Source of the DNA: Eledone cirrhosa
Taxonomy: Eukaryota
DNA: 64,000 nucleotides
Assembly (NCBI GenBank): GCA_964016885.1
Contig: CAXHJY010000409.1
Location: 109,535 to 173,534, forward strand
Direction of reading: 5' to 3'
The translations under genes and the position numbers were made by a program. A model generated the notes under the pieces. It made no database searches and was not told the origin of the DNA. It saw nothing but the letters and a program-made list of their open reading frames with translations. Each line of letters begins with the position of its first letter. The stretch's first letter is position 1. Below, piece after piece: positions 63,831-64,000 of this stretch.

Positions 63831-64000
63831 CCTCCTTAACCTCTGTATTAACTTGCCTATTATATTGCTACTCTATTAATGTTGTCTTATACATGTATGT
63901 TATTGATGATGAGAAAGCTAGACAACCCTTTCATCTAATATAGACCACACAAATATTGAACCTAACATCACAAATATTACTATCCTCACTACAGTGATAC

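Larger units (their letters stand above)
61408..64000. repeat. Long inverted arms flanking the Penelope ORF
   Basis: 62122-62426 is inverted relative to 63515-63787, and 61408-61605 relative to 63810-63999. The right arm runs off the window. Confidence 0.9.

Overview
AT-rich, repeat-dense animal genomic DNA. The SINE/LINE repertoire resembles a cephalopod (octopus-like), which is an inference. Two convergent spliced genes are supported. TIMM13 (+) has 3 exons (23087-34432) encoding 91 aa with a twin CX3C motif. The 3' part of an unidentified minus-strand gene (exons between 55102 and 36686) encodes a long low-complexity tail with a TQT motif, 12-aa SP repeats and a C-terminal T-K-L. The rest is mostly mobile elements: a decayed CRE-like RLE non-LTR retrotransposon with an N-terminal PHD-like finger (~6.7-10.3 kb), a 5'-truncated RTE LINE and many 3' derivatives, Rex3/Expander-like fragments, about 20 tRNA-derived SINEs, non-autonomous Helitrons (including a head-to-tail trio), TTAA- and TA-flanked MITEs, a Penelope-like GIY-YIG element with long inverted arms, and two large satellites (61 bp and 49 bp). 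The most notable signals are hammerhead-ribozyme folds (near-intact at 20612-20662, degenerate long-stem-II variants at 60786-60906 and about 48.5 kb), a 188-nt hairpin in which 9 of 10 substitutions give G.U pairs on one strand, the modular Helitron concatemer, and a 49-bp satellite whose unit is a complete 3' splice-site consensus.
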